This document shows, in pieces, positions 40,410 through 49,648 of a DNA stretch of 63,018 bases. The translations under genes were made by a program, and so were the position numbers. The notes beneath the pieces are model-generated. The model was not told where the DNA came from. It saw only the letters and a program-made list of their open reading frames with translations, and did no database searches. Every line of letters begins with the position of its first letter. Within the stretch, counting starts at the first letter, position 1. Origin of the DNA: a virus (lineage: Duplodnaviria; Caudoviricetes); IMG/VR virus record IMGVR_UViG_3300048838_000780, positions 1 to 63,018 of that record. The stretch is one strand, 5' to 3'.

Positions 40410-40630
40410 AGAACTTACTACACGGAGGAACGGCCGTCGGAAGCTACTTAATAAGCGGTATCGCCTTTTTGACCCATGCAAGCGAATGGGTCGGGGTCCT
40501 TTCCGGCATTGCCGGGGCTTTTGTTACCGTAACCCTTGGACTTCGCAACTATGCGGAATACCGGGACAAAATGACGGATATTAGAATAAAAGAAGCGCAA
40601 GCCGGGTTAAACAACCTGGAAAAGCATTAA
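40406..40630 (+). CDS. Holin-like small membrane protein
   Basis: Two TM helices and a charged C-terminus. Confidence 0.5.
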   Translation: MKNLLHGGTAVGSYLISGIAFLTHASEWVGVLSGIAGAFVTVTLGLRNYAEYRDKMTDIRIKEAQAGLNNLEKH

Positions 40631-40657
40631 CTTTCGTAAAATTCAAAATTCTTTAAT

Positions 40658-41164
40658 ATGGGAACAATTGTTAAGCTAAACGCGGCTATTGCCGCACTCA
40701 TTACCACGGCGCTAAGTATGGGGTTGGACGCCCTAATCGCGGCCGTTTCCAAGTCCCCGATTGCAAAAGCCGGTTTGGAAAGTGTAAAAAACCGGTTGAT
40801 CCAAACGACTTCCGCACTTGCGGACGCAGACCCGAACGATACCGAACAACTGGAAAAAATCTGGTTGAAGCAATTTGTTGGGGAAGACGTCTACGAAATT
40901 GGGGCGGAACAATTCCAAGCGGGATTGGCGAAGATCCAAAGCGAACGGCTCAAGCGCCTTGCCGCGCATATCGGCCGGTATGGTTTGGAAGTGGTAAAAT
41001 TGGTCACCGACGACGACCCCAACAACGAAGCGCAATTGCGGGAACATTTGGCAAAGTTCTTCGAAGACGCCGAAACGGAAGCGATTATCGTCGAAGACTA
41101 CGTCCGGGCGGGGTTGACGGCGGCGGCGGCCGGGATCCGGAACGGCGGCGACGCCAACGGGTGA
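40658..41164 (+). CDS. Hypothetical protein with internal duplication
   Basis: DADPNDTEQL / DDDPNNEAQL repeat. Confidence 0.65.
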   Translation: MGTIVKLNAAIAALITTALSMGLDALIAAVSKSPIAKAGLESVKNRLIQTTSALADADPNDTEQLEKIWLKQFVGEDVYEIGAEQFQAGLAKIQSERLKRLAAHIGRYGLEVVKLVTDDDPNNEAQLREHLAKFFEDAETEAIIVEDYVRAGLTAAAAGIRNGGDANG

Positions 41165-41209
41165 AGGACCAGGGACGCAACCAATTTACAAACTCCAAAC
41201 TTTTTCGCA

Positions 41210-41638
41210 ATGGCAAACAACCCGTACAACCTACCCGGCGAAGCGCGGCCTAATATGCGGTCGATCAACGTTATCCTTTGTTGTCACTTCCCGACGTTCG
41301 CCCAAAGTTTTACGTTGATCGTACCTTTGGAGACGTCGTATTGGGCAAGGGGCGGCGCCTTCCTTTTACTCCTTTCGATCCTGAAAGCGAAGGAGGCAAA
41401 CCCCAAGTTTCGGGGGTTCTTGGATAGGATCTTAGACCCTACCAGGAAGCAGGAAAACGAATACGCCCAAGCTACCTTCGTACCGGCACGGCGCCCGGGG
41501 ATCCCCCCGGCGGAAGTGCTGCAAATGACTGTTACGGATACCAGGGACGAAGCCTTCCAAAGACTTATCACCGGCGTCAAGGTGGAAGGGGACGACCCCC
41601 GGGATCTTCCCGAACTTCCCCCCGAAGAAGTTGAGTAG
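41210..41638 (+). CDS. Hypothetical protein
   Basis: 142-aa ORF. Confidence 0.6.
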   Translation: MANNPYNLPGEARPNMRSINVILCCHFPTFAQSFTLIVPLETSYWARGGAFLLLLSILKAKEANPKFRGFLDRILDPTRKQENEYAQATFVPARRPGIPPAEVLQMTVTDTRDEAFQRLITGVKVEGDDPRDLPELPPEEVE

Positions 41639-41667
41639 GTGTTTTTGTTTCACATAATGAAGGAGTA

Positions 41668-41705
41668 AGCCCGGTCCGATTTTTTCGGGTCGGGTTTTTT
41701 CTTTT
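41668..41705 (+). terminator. Rho-independent terminator
   Basis: GCCCGGTCCGA...TCGGGTCGGGT stem with T tract. Confidence 0.65.
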
Positions 41706-41742
41706 CCCGGAAAAAAAACTTGCCCTTTTTTTTGGATAAAAA

Positions 41743-41773
41743 TTTGGATAAAAAGAAAATGGTAGTATATTTG
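41743..41773 (+). promoter_or_regulatory. Bacteroidota-type (early) promoter
   Basis: TTTG 41743-41746, 19-nt spacer, TATATTTG 41766-41773. Confidence 0.7.
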
Positions 41774-41811
41774 TTGCTGTTGTTACGCTTATATCACTAA
41801 ACAATCTTGCA

Positions 41812-42300
41812 ATGAACAGCTTAAATCTTGAGCGCTTCCGGAACATCATTCTTGGGGATCCTTCCCCGTCCGCTTTGGATATTCGTACCAAGATCCAAGA
41901 AGTAGCGCAAATTGCCAACCGGCTAAACGACCTTGCATCGGAGGAAGAAAATTGGCGCAAGGCGTCCGCCTTGGGTACCTTGGCCTTGGACCTCCAAAAA
42001 GCCTTGGAAGTTTTTTACCTGGAATACAACGCGGCCGAACTTTGCCGCAAGACCCGGGACCATTTGGTCGAAGTCGGTTGGGAAGGCTTCGTCCAAATGT
42101 TACCCAAGGAATACCTTTCGATTGTGGATGCAATCGACCTCAAGTTTGGATCGGCCGATAACCCCTTCGAAGAATTCGTCTTCGACTTCGATTGGCATTT
42201 GGTCCCCTTGTCCGGATCGGATCCCCGAAAGTGGATCCCTGAAGATTGGGAAACGCTTTGTCGGCATTTTTCGGCAACCTATACAATGATTTTTCGCTAA
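41812..42300 (+). CDS. Hypothetical protein
   Basis: 162-aa ORF after the promoter. Confidence 0.65.
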   Translation: MNSLNLERFRNIILGDPSPSALDIRTKIQEVAQIANRLNDLASEEENWRKASALGTLALDLQKALEVFYLEYNAAELCRKTRDHLVEVGWEGFVQMLPKEYLSIVDAIDLKFGSADNPFEEFVFDFDWHLVPLSGSDPRKWIPEDWETLCRHFSATYTMIFR

Positions 42301-42355
42301 CCAGGGGGGGGACCTTCCCCCCTTCTTCATTCTTTCAACCAAAACTATCTTACCA

Positions 42356-42727
42356 ATGAAACGCGCCTATTTTAAAGGACTTTCGGACCGTTTTGTCGTC
42401 CGGCCAACTTATTTCGTTTCGACGTCGGGTCTTAAGCATATTTGGAAAGGTCTTCCAATCGAAGTCTTGTCCTTCGGCGAAACGGGGTACCCAATCTTCG
42501 ACCCGGAAGCGGTCGTCTTGGTCGAAATGCTTTTGGAAACAATCCAACTTTTTACTACCCCCCCACTACACGGACCGAACCAGGGGATAGAAGACCTTCC
42601 ACAAGCAACGGGGGAAAAGTTCATCCAATTAACCCCGAAGGAATACCAGGAACTAACAACGATCCCCGTTACCTACGCTTTCGAAGTGAAGTTGTGGGAA
42701 TTGCACGAAATTGTTTACGACCTCTAA
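42356..42727 (+). CDS. Hypothetical protein
   Basis: 123-aa ORF. Confidence 0.6.
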   Translation: MKRAYFKGLSDRFVVRPTYFVSTSGLKHIWKGLPIEVLSFGETGYPIFDPEAVVLVEMLLETIQLFTTPPLHGPNQGIEDLPQATGEKFIQLTPKEYQELTTIPVTYAFEVKLWELHEIVYDL

Positions 42728-42747
42728 AAAGTATGGAAATGGAAAAC

Positions 42748-42874
42748 ATTTGGAAAGACGCGACTACTTATTCCCGTAACGACAAAGACCGGATCCCTTC
42801 CGTCTTCGAATACCAAAACGGGGGGCTTTGTATTACAGTGGTCCGGGGTCACCGTTTCAACCCGGAAAATTGGG
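42748..42874 (+). repeat. 127-bp exact direct repeat, copy 2 of 1-127
   Basis: Direct comparison. Confidence 0.97.
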
Positions 42875-43326
42875 GCGTGTGCGTAAACGGTGAATGCGAA
42901 TGCCCGCCACAATGGACCGGGCCCAGCTGCTCCCAGGAGGTGACGCCGGTCAAAATGCGGGTAACGTACATTGCTCTCAACTCCTTCCCTCCTACCGACG
43001 GCAACGGCGCCGGCTGGGATCTGTTCGACGGGCCAGACGTGTACCTCTCTATCTGGAAAGATGGAGTGCAGCTGTACAAATCCAATTGGTACGAAGATCT
43101 TACCATTGGCGCATTTTGGGAAACCAACTTTGAATTTTCCGACCCAACGGCAACCTATAATCTCCGCGTCTACGATTACGACGACGGCATTACCGCGGAT
43201 GACCTCATGGGATGGATTGATTTCACGCCGTACCGCCCAGGGCAGAAGTTTCCCACCTCCTACCCTGTCAGCTGCTCGGGATGTATCGTTTCTTTCGAAT
43301 TTACTGGCGTGTCCTACTTCCATTAA
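42874..43326 (+). CDS. 3' part of an EGF-like domain lipoprotein (5' part at 62793-62891)
   Basis: Joined sequence CEGIICNNG+GVCVNGECECPPQWTGPSC gives a six-Cys EGF pattern. Confidence 0.85.
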   Translation, partial: GVCVNGECECPPQWTGPSCSQEVTPVKMRVTYIALNSFPPTDGNGAGWDLFDGPDVYLSIWKDGVQLYKSNWYEDLTIGAFWETNFEFSDPTATYNLRVYDYDDGITADDLMGWIDFTPYRPGQKFPTSYPVSCSGCIVSFEFTGVSYFH

Positions 43327-44005
43327 AATATCTTCTTCTCCAGCCGGCGGATCTTCTCCGCCGGCTTCTCATGGATGTACTTCATGGTAATTTTCGGATC
43401 GTGGTGGCCTGCCTGTTTCATAAGGTCCAGCAGGCTGATATTTTCGCTCAGATCTGTGAGCCCAGAATCCTTCCAGCTGTAAAAAGAAAGCCCCAGGATA
43501 CTCTTTATTGCCCCAGACCTATAAAGTTGCTCTAAGGCCCGTTTGTGTGCGTGGTAGAAGGCATCTTTTTTGGCTGGAGATCTCCCGACTTTCAGGCCTG
43601 GGCCAAATACAAACCTGTCAGGGGCATATTTCGAAACAATCTGCTCCAGCGCCGGCAAAATGGCATTTGGTACAGTAACAGTGCGGGGTTTTTGCGTTTT
43701 GGTGATCGATCCCGGCAGCCTGATAACCTTCTCCTCTACATCGATGCAATGAACCTGCATTTTCCGGAGCTCATTGGGCCGGATGAAGCAGTAATAAGAC
43801 AGCAGCACTCCGAGGAATAGCCCAGGGTTGTTTTCCGCTATCCAGGCCGCCACCGTCCGGCGCTCTTCGTCGGAGAAGTTACGCCGGCGCTTTTGTGCCG
43901 GCTTTTTCTTTGTCACCTGATCCCAGGGGTTGGCCTGGATGTATTCCCGGGCCTTCAGCTCATTGAAAAGAGCTTTGAGAATAGTCTGGTAATTGTTGCT
44001 GGTGG
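43323..44005 (-). pseudogene. int: Tyrosine integrase lacking its N-terminal part
   Basis: Catalytic IRPNEL, KT, YSWK, GH and Y motifs; the frame extends upstream to ATSNNYQTILKALFNEL...NPW but has no start before GTG 43916. Confidence 0.75.
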
Positions 44006-44236
44006 CTCCTCTACCCTCTCTGGGATGTTCTCCCGCCTCAAAATTTGATACAGTAAATTGTCGATCGATATTCCGGTCATTTGTGCAACCTTGGTAACAA
44101 TCTCCAGCGGTGGAGGTGTTTTGCCCGTTTCGTAGTTGCTCAAAATCACTCTGGTGATTCCAAGTTTGTCTGCAAAGGCCTCCTGGCTCATGCCTTGAGC
44201 TTTGCGGATCAGGTTTAAGTTGTGGGGAAAACTCAT
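43955..44236 (-). CDS. XRE-family HTH repressor
   Basis: NLNLIRKAQGMSQEAFADKLGITRVILSNYETGKTPP. Confidence 0.9.
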   Translation of the reverse strand: MSFPHNLNLIRKAQGMSQEAFADKLGITRVILSNYETGKTPPPLEIVTKVAQMTGISIDNLLYQILRRENIPERVEEPPATITRLFSKLFSMS

Positions 44237-44367
44237 AGGAATGACTGTTTAGTGCTCTCTAAAAAATACCCTGTTCTGGGTATTTTGTACAAAATTTATT
44301 CAAGTGAATAGAATATGTGCATAATGTTATTATTTTTGTGCTAACACAGCACGAAGATAATACAGCC

Positions 44368-44616
44368 ATGACAAAAGAAGCCATCAAACAACTTCCTCAC
44401 GACCTTTCCACCCTGCTGCCCAAAGGCGCCATAAAGGAGATCTCCGAAACCACCGGCCTGGATCGTAACAGCGTCCGGATGATTCTCCTGGGCATTTGGA
44501 GCAATGAGGCGGTTATCCAGGCCGCGCTCTCGATCCTCGACCGCCAAAGAGCTGCTATTGAGGAAACGACAGCCATCCTTTCAAAAAGTAACAATTTCAT
44601 GGGATCTACTTGTTAG
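44368..44616 (+). CDS. Cro-like HTH protein
   Basis: Divergent from the repressor; IKEISETTGLDRNSVRMIL HTH; TATTTTTG -7 box at 44331-44338. Confidence 0.6.
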   Translation: MTKEAIKQLPHDLSTLLPKGAIKEISETTGLDRNSVRMILLGIWSNEAVIQAALSILDRQRAAIEETTAILSKSNNFMGSTC

Positions 44617-44698
44617 TAGCGCAACTGCCCGGGGGCTTTGCCCCTGGGCTTTTTTTCAGCATTCCCCTACCCTTTTTATAATCTTAAACACTTTGCTC

Positions 44699-45283
44699 AT
44701 GCAAAAGAAGAATTTTGTTAACCCTGCCTTCGCCGAGATCTACGACAGCATTACCGGCGTAATGCCTCAGATCACCTTTTACGGTATTATCGGCACCTAC
44801 TTGATCACCGCGGCGCTGAATGTGTTTTTCATCCCGCTGCCCGTCTACCTGTCTTTACCTGCCGCCCTTGCCATCCAGTTTGGCCGCTTTGCAATTGTGT
44901 TCATGGATTTCCTCAATCCCACCGGCCGCCGCTCTCCCTGGCCTGGGCTGATCGCCACCGTGGCCACCGTGGTAGCTATCACGGAGCTGGGGTTTTCGAT
45001 TATGGATCTGGCCTGGACAGGCCCGAAGTTCTGGGCTACATTCCTTTTCGGCTCTATGATGATTTCATTTGGATACCTGCTGGAGGTGAATTTTATCTCC
45101 AAAGGCGCCGAAGCGTTTGGCATGACCGGCCGGCCGGCTACCCAGGGCGCTGCCTCTGCTCCGGCTGAATCTATCCCCTACCCTGCACCCGCAAAGAAGG
45201 CCGCTTTCCAGGAGGAAAGGCCTACCCCTTTGTTCGACCTCGGGGAGCTAATCCCCAGCTCCAACGGAAACGGCAGGCATTAA
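44699..45283 (+). CDS. Four-TM membrane protein (possible -1 frameshift extension to 45438)
   Basis: Four hydrophobic helices; resembles 2646-3332. Confidence 0.7.
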   Translation: MQKKNFVNPAFAEIYDSITGVMPQITFYGIIGTYLITAALNVFFIPLPVYLSLPAALAIQFGRFAIVFMDFLNPTGRRSPWPGLIATVATVVAITELGFSIMDLAWTGPKFWATFLFGSMMISFGYLLEVNFISKGAEAFGMTGRPATQGAASAPAESIPYPAPAKKAAFQEERPTPLFDLGELIPSSNGNGRH

Positions 45284-45444
45284 GCCTCCAATCGGCTCCC
45301 CGATCCTGTGCCCATTGTGGCCGGGATCTGGGGTACCGGACCGATCAGAAACCTAATCTTAAATTCTGCTCCCCAAGGTGTAAAACTGCCTTCTACCGAA
45401 CTGAAAAACAGGCAATAACGGGGAACAGCTTAAAGTAAAAGCAA

Positions 45445-45630
45445 ATGGATTCATTTTTGAATAAAAAGGAAGCCGCTGAATTTTGCAAAGTAAGTGTGGT
45501 CACCTTACATAGGTGGATTGCAGACAACAGTATAAGGTGTATAAAAATCAACGGTAGAGTACTTTTTTTAAAATCTCACTTGATTGAGGATCTACAAAAG
45601 TTTGAAAAAGCACCTAAGCGTGACGAATAA
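45445..45630 (+). CDS. xis: Excisionase-like HTH_17 protein
   Basis: FLNKKEAAEFCKVSVVTLHRW...KINGRVLF. Confidence 0.85.
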   Translation: MDSFLNKKEAAEFCKVSVVTLHRWIADNSIRCIKINGRVLFLKSHLIEDLQKFEKAPKRDE

Positions 45631-45696
45631 CGTATGTTCCTAATTGGGTTTAACGGCTCCCTCAGCGATGGGGGAGCCCTTTAAAAAACTAGATCT

Positions 45697-46044
45697 ATGA
45701 CTATTGAGCAAGCCTTCAAAATAATGGGTATCATATCCGATGCGCAAGAACTGAAAAGACACATGGACAAAATAACCAAACTCCGCCTCCTCTGCCTCAA
45801 ATGGGTTTTCCTGCTGGAAGGATATGGCAACTACGACCAGTACAGCCACCACGCACAAGAAAGTATTGAACGGGTGCTCCGGCTGGACAACAAACACCCA
45901 GACCAATGGAAAGACCAGGAGTGTATTGATTTCATGACCCAAATCATTGAAGATGGAGAACAGAATTGCTTATACATCCCTTCGGAACCAAATGGAAAGC
46001 GTGTTAACGGCCATGTTCCAGGATCTGCAAATGTACAAGGGTAG
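45697..46044 (+). CDS. Hypothetical protein
   Basis: 115-aa ORF. Confidence 0.55.
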   Translation: MTIEQAFKIMGIISDAQELKRHMDKITKLRLLCLKWVFLLEGYGNYDQYSHHAQESIERVLRLDNKHPDQWKDQECIDFMTQIIEDGEQNCLYIPSEPNGKRVNGHVPGSANVQG

Positions 46045-46294
46045 GCCCAACGCAAACGCTGATTACATTGAGAAGCTGGAGCGCCGGATCTCTACGCTGA
46101 TGGCCTTTTACCGCGCCGCCGACGGCGCCATACTGGAAGCTGAAGAGGAGAAGAGCCAGGCCTTTTACAAGGGCCTGAAGAAGGGTAGGGAAGAGGCCCA
46201 GCAACAGCCCCACCGGCTCGATCCGGCAAACCGCGAAGCATACCGAGATTACACCATTTCCCGAGCCCGCAGCAGCTGGCCAGAACTTTTCTAA
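45953..46294 (+). CDS. Hypothetical protein
   Basis: Helical ORF before DUF3987. Confidence 0.55.
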   Translation: MENRIAYTSLRNQMESVLTAMFQDLQMYKGRPNANADYIEKLERRISTLMAFYRAADGAILEAEEEKSQAFYKGLKKGREEAQQQPHRLDPANREAYRDYTISRARSSWPELF

Positions 46295-46304
46295 ATAATC
46301 CCAG

Positions 46305-47747
46305 ATGGTCAAAGATGATTTCTTACGCGAAGTGGAAGCGCTCGCACTGGCGAAGCAACAGCAGGAGGAGCAGGAGACACAGGATATTTCCACCCGTTTC
46401 CAGGCTCTCATGCAAGAGAAAAAGCAGGGTAGCAACCCTTTCCCCACCGATGCGCTACCCAAACGCCTGGGCGATATCGCCAAGGTTTTCAATACCTGCT
46501 ACGGTTTACCGATCGATTATTATGGCCTGGGGATGCTTACCGCGGCATCCATCGCCATTGGCAATGCCTACGTGGTGCGCTACAAATACAACCAGTGTTA
46601 CCCGCCTATGCTTTACAGCGCCATTGTGGGCAACAGCTCGATAGGGAAGACGCCGGCAATTATGCACTGCCTTAGCCCGATCTTCGACCTGGAGGACCAG
46701 TACCGCCACCAGTACGACGGCCAAATGCAGGCCTGGAAACAGGAGTGCTTTGAGCTCCAGGTGAGCGGCATGAAGCGGGAAGACCCGCCCAAGCCGATCC
46801 AGCGAGAGCTCATTATCAACGATGCCACCAGCGAGGCAATCACCATTGCCCTGAGCCACAACCCCAGGGGCCTGCTGCTCTTCCAGGATGAGCTCAACGC
46901 CTGGATAAAAAGTCAGAACCAATACCGGAAGGGTAGCGATGGAGAGTTTTGGCTCTCTGTCTGGAGCAACCAAAGCCGGAAGGTTAGCAGGGTTGGCAAA
47001 GATCCGCTCTATGCCAAAAATCCCTTTGTGTCGGTGATCGGTGGCGTTCAGCCTTCTATTCTCAACGACTTTGCAGGGGAGGGGAGAGCGGAAAATGGAT
47101 ATCTGGCCAGGATTCTCTTTGCCTGGCCCGACGAGATGAAGAAGCCCCACGAAAGCGACAACAGCCCAGATCCGGAAGTTTTCGCCGCGTACCGGGAGAT
47201 CATCAAGCGCCTGCACAACCTGCCGCACAACTTCACTGAGGAGGGTTTTGGCGAAGCCATCCAGATCAGCCTCACCAGCAGGGCCCTGGCTGCTTACAAA
47301 CGCTGGCACCGAGACAACACCGACCAGATCAACGCCGAGGAGAACGACGTTGTAAAATCGATCCTGGGCAAAATGGAGCAATACCTCCTCCGCCTGGCCC
47401 TGATTATTTCCCTGCTCGATCTGGCCATACAAAAGGAAACCTGGACTGAAGAGGAGCTACAAGCCCACGAGATAGGGGAGGACGAAGTGATAAGGGCCAT
47501 GCTGCTGATCGGCTATTTCAAAAAAACCGCCATGCGGGTGATCGGCAGCGTAGAAAGCCCGGTGAAGAAATTGAGCCCTGAAAAGGAGGCCTTTTACGAG
47601 GCCCTACCCGAAGAGTTCAGCACAAAAAGCGCCCTGGAGGCCGGAGAGAAAGCCGACATTTCCGAACGTACCATAAAGAGGATGCTCAATGATTTTACTC
47701 TCTTCCGCCAGCTGGGGAGGGGGAGGTATAGAAAGGTTTATGTGTGA
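46305..47747 (+). CDS. DUF3987 (YfjI-like) P-loop replication protein
   Basis: FPTDALP, IVGNSSIGKTPA, NDATSEA, QDEL, IGGVQP and GYLARILF motifs; C-terminal wHTH. Confidence 0.88.
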   Translation: MVKDDFLREVEALALAKQQQEEQETQDISTRFQALMQEKKQGSNPFPTDALPKRLGDIAKVFNTCYGLPIDYYGLGMLTAASIAIGNAYVVRYKYNQCYPPMLYSAIVGNSSIGKTPAIMHCLSPIFDLEDQYRHQYDGQMQAWKQECFELQVSGMKREDPPKPIQRELIINDATSEAITIALSHNPRGLLLFQDELNAWIKSQNQYRKGSDGEFWLSVWSNQSRKVSRVGKDPLYAKNPFVSVIGGVQPSILNDFAGEGRAENGYLARILFAWPDEMKKPHESDNSPDPEVFAAYREIIKRLHNLPHNFTEEGFGEAIQISLTSRALAAYKRWHRDNTDQINAEENDVVKSILGKMEQYLLRLALIISLLDLAIQKETWTEEELQAHEIGEDEVIRAMLLIGYFKKTAMRVIGSVESPVKKLSPEKEAFYEALPEEFSTKSALEAGEKADISERTIKRMLNDFTLFRQLGRGRYRKVYV

Positions 47748-48007
47748 TAAAACCTAATTGTAAAATGGAAAAAGGTATGAAAACCGAGCCTAAATTTAAG
47801 GTAGGAGATATTTTGAAAATAAAGCCCTCTTATCAAAAACTTAATCCGTATCACACAATTAAGATCAAAAAGGTGTACATCAACTACATGAAAAAAGAAC
47901 AGTATGGATACAAATTTGAATACAAAACATCTTTGGATAATAATTGGAAGTACTGTACCCATAGACCTGAATATAATTTAGCCATAGAGTACGACCATGC
48001 CCATTGA
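47744..48007 (+). CDS. AT-rich hypothetical protein
   Basis: KFKVGDILK phage-type motif. Confidence 0.5.
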   Translation: MIKPNCKMEKGMKTEPKFKVGDILKIKPSYQKLNPYHTIKIKKVYINYMKKEQYGYKFEYKTSLDNNWKYCTHRPEYNLAIEYDHAH

Positions 48008-48317
48008 TTACTCCGAATACCCGCCCAACTGGTTCACCGAGCTCCGGCCGGCAGTGCTCGATAGGGCAGGGCACTGCTGTGAAGGATCTCCAGCATACCC
48101 AGACTGCCGGGTACCCAACCACCAGCCCCACCCGATCACCGGCAGCAAAGTAGTGCTCACCATTGCACACATGGACCGAGACAAAACCAACAACGACCTG
48201 GACAACCTCCGCGCCCTCTGCCAACGCTGCCACCTCCGGCACGACATTGCCCAGCACGTGGAAAACCGCAAGTATGGAAGGAACTGGAAACGGTATCAAT
48301 TGAGTTTAAATTTATAG
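47997..48317 (+). CDS. HNH-like protein
   Basis: VLTIAHMD...NLRALCQRCHLRHD. Confidence 0.85.
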   Translation: MPIDYSEYPPNWFTELRPAVLDRAGHCCEGSPAYPDCRVPNHQPHPITGSKVVLTIAHMDRDKTNNDLDNLRALCQRCHLRHDIAQHVENRKYGRNWKRYQLSLNL

Positions 48318-48319
48318 CC

Positions 48320-48532
48320 ATGCCAATAACCAACATACCGAAGCTGATAAACCCCAATGAGCACGTTACCGAAGCCCAGCAGAAAGCCCGCCTGGAGATC
48401 TGCGCTACCTGCCCGCGGAAGGGTAGGAGATTTGGCCTCGACAAATGCAACGTGTGCAGATGTTTCCTTAATGCCAAAACCTTGCTGAAGTCCGAACGCT
48501 GCCCGCTCGCAAAGTGGGAGAGAATACTCTGA
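48320..48532 (+). CDS. Small Cys-rich protein
   Basis: RLEICATC...CNVCRCFL.AKT...CPLAKW. Confidence 0.7.
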   Translation: MPITNIPKLINPNEHVTEAQQKARLEICATCPRKGRRFGLDKCNVCRCFLNAKTLLKSERCPLAKWERIL

Positions 48533-48692
48533 GAAATTATCTTTGACCTCTTTACAAAAGCCCTCACTGGCCAACCAGTGGGGGTTTTTCTTTTCCGGAA
48601 AGAAGAGGTGAAAAAATTTTCACAATCGACCCTTTGGGCCAAAATTGCAAAACTCGATAACAGTGTGTTGAAGTAAAACGAGGCGATAAAAG

Positions 48693-49047
48693 TTGGCACT
48701 AATGGCACAAAAGGGGGTGTTTATAGGTATAAGAAAGTATATAAAGTATTGATTATTATATTATTAGTATTAGATAGTTAGTATAACAAATAGTGCCAAA
48801 TCGTGCCAAAAAAGGGGCAGTTCGTGCCAAAAATGTTGCAGTTCGTGCCAAAAAAGTGGCAGTTCGTGCCAAACCGATATATGAAGGTTTCTTCATTAGT
48901 GCCAAATTTGGGCAGTTCGTGCCAAAAAGTTTTTTTTCAATGTTTACGCAGGTTTCAGCCGAAATCGTGCCAACTTGTGCCAAATTAAAAAAACGCTGGA
49001 ACACTTATAAACACAGGCCGACCCGCGAGTTAGTGCCAAAGTGCCAA
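48693..49047. repeat. GTGCCAA iteron cluster with AT-rich tract, probable origin of B
   Basis: 11 direct copies (four at an exact 21-bp period: 48803, 48824, 48845, 48866), inverted copies at 48693 and 48703, AT-rich 48720-48790. Confidence 0.8.
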
Positions 49048-49230
49048 CTTTTTTCGCGTCTCCAAAAACGGATGTAGGGGAGGGAAGAGGGTAAAAAGGC
49101 CAAAAATCTTTCACATTCATTGCACAAAAATTGTACATTTGTAATGCGCTAAGGGTAGCTGTCAGGTAGAACCTGTGTAACTATCCAGTAGAAAACAAGT
49201 GGATCCCGCAACAAAACCCATGATCTGCCT

Positions 49231-49467
49231 ATGTGTATGCGGATTTCCAAAAAGCGCCTTGCCATTATCTTCGAGCTATACAGCCGCCGCACTGGCAGGC
49301 ATTACCCCGAACGGCTCCGAAAAGAAGTTTTCACAGATACGGTTTTGCAGGAGATTGGCCTCACGGCAGAAGATTACCGGAGAACCCGCGTGTTCGACGC
49401 TGCCACCACAATGAAGATCATTTCATACTTCTCAATCCCAAAAGATGCTCTCGACAAAAGTGTATAG
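49231..49467 (+). CDS. Hypothetical protein
   Basis: 78-aa ORF. Confidence 0.5.
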   Translation: MCMRISKKRLAIIFELYSRRTGRHYPERLRKEVFTDTVLQEIGLTAEDYRRTRVFDAATTMKIISYFSIPKDALDKSV

Positions 49468-49648
49468 CCTCTGGGCTAGAGATCCCGACGATCCCGGAAA
49501 GGTCGTAGTTACCCGCCAGAAGGAAATAGGAGGGGAGGCAGTAAACTGGACTGTGAACATTCCCGTAGATCCTAAAAAGCCTCTCGACCCAGACAAACCG
49601 CTGAAAGTTCGATTTTTCAACAGAAAAGCAATAAGAGTATGGCAGTAA
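49445..49648 (+). CDS. Hypothetical protein
   Basis: Coupled 67-aa ORF. Confidence 0.45.
   Translation: MLSTKVYSLWARDPDDPGKVVVTRQKEIGGEAVNWTVNIPVDPKKPLDPDKPLKVRFFNRKAIRVWQ

Larger units (their letters stand above)
1..42874 (+). mobile_element. Genome A: circular or terminally redundant tailed phage, 42,747-bp unit, probable Bacteroidota host
   Basis: 1-127 identical to 42748-42874; TerL, portal, tape measure, scaffold and capsid genes; one ORF continues across the circular junction. Confidence 0.93.

Noticed and set aside
304-41960. Many long minus-strand ORFs in genome A
   Set aside because: Antisense shadows of + strand genes, favoured by the skewed codon usage; no recognisable motifs
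42442-43326. 294-aa ORF from the ORF track
   Set aside because: It is a chimera across the A/B junction: an off-frame leader, the start of A's 42733 gene and the 3' half of B's EGF lipoprotein
48793-49047. Possible CRISPR mini-array
   Set aside because: Repeats are only 7-14 bp with spacers too short and irregular, and there are no cas genes; iterons fit better
48793-49077. ORFs with AVRAKK repeats
   Set aside because: Translation by-product of the iterons
49150-49190. Structured RNA or tRNA
   Set aside because: Only a single imperfect hairpin; no cloverleaf or T-loop consensus seen here or elsewhere in the window
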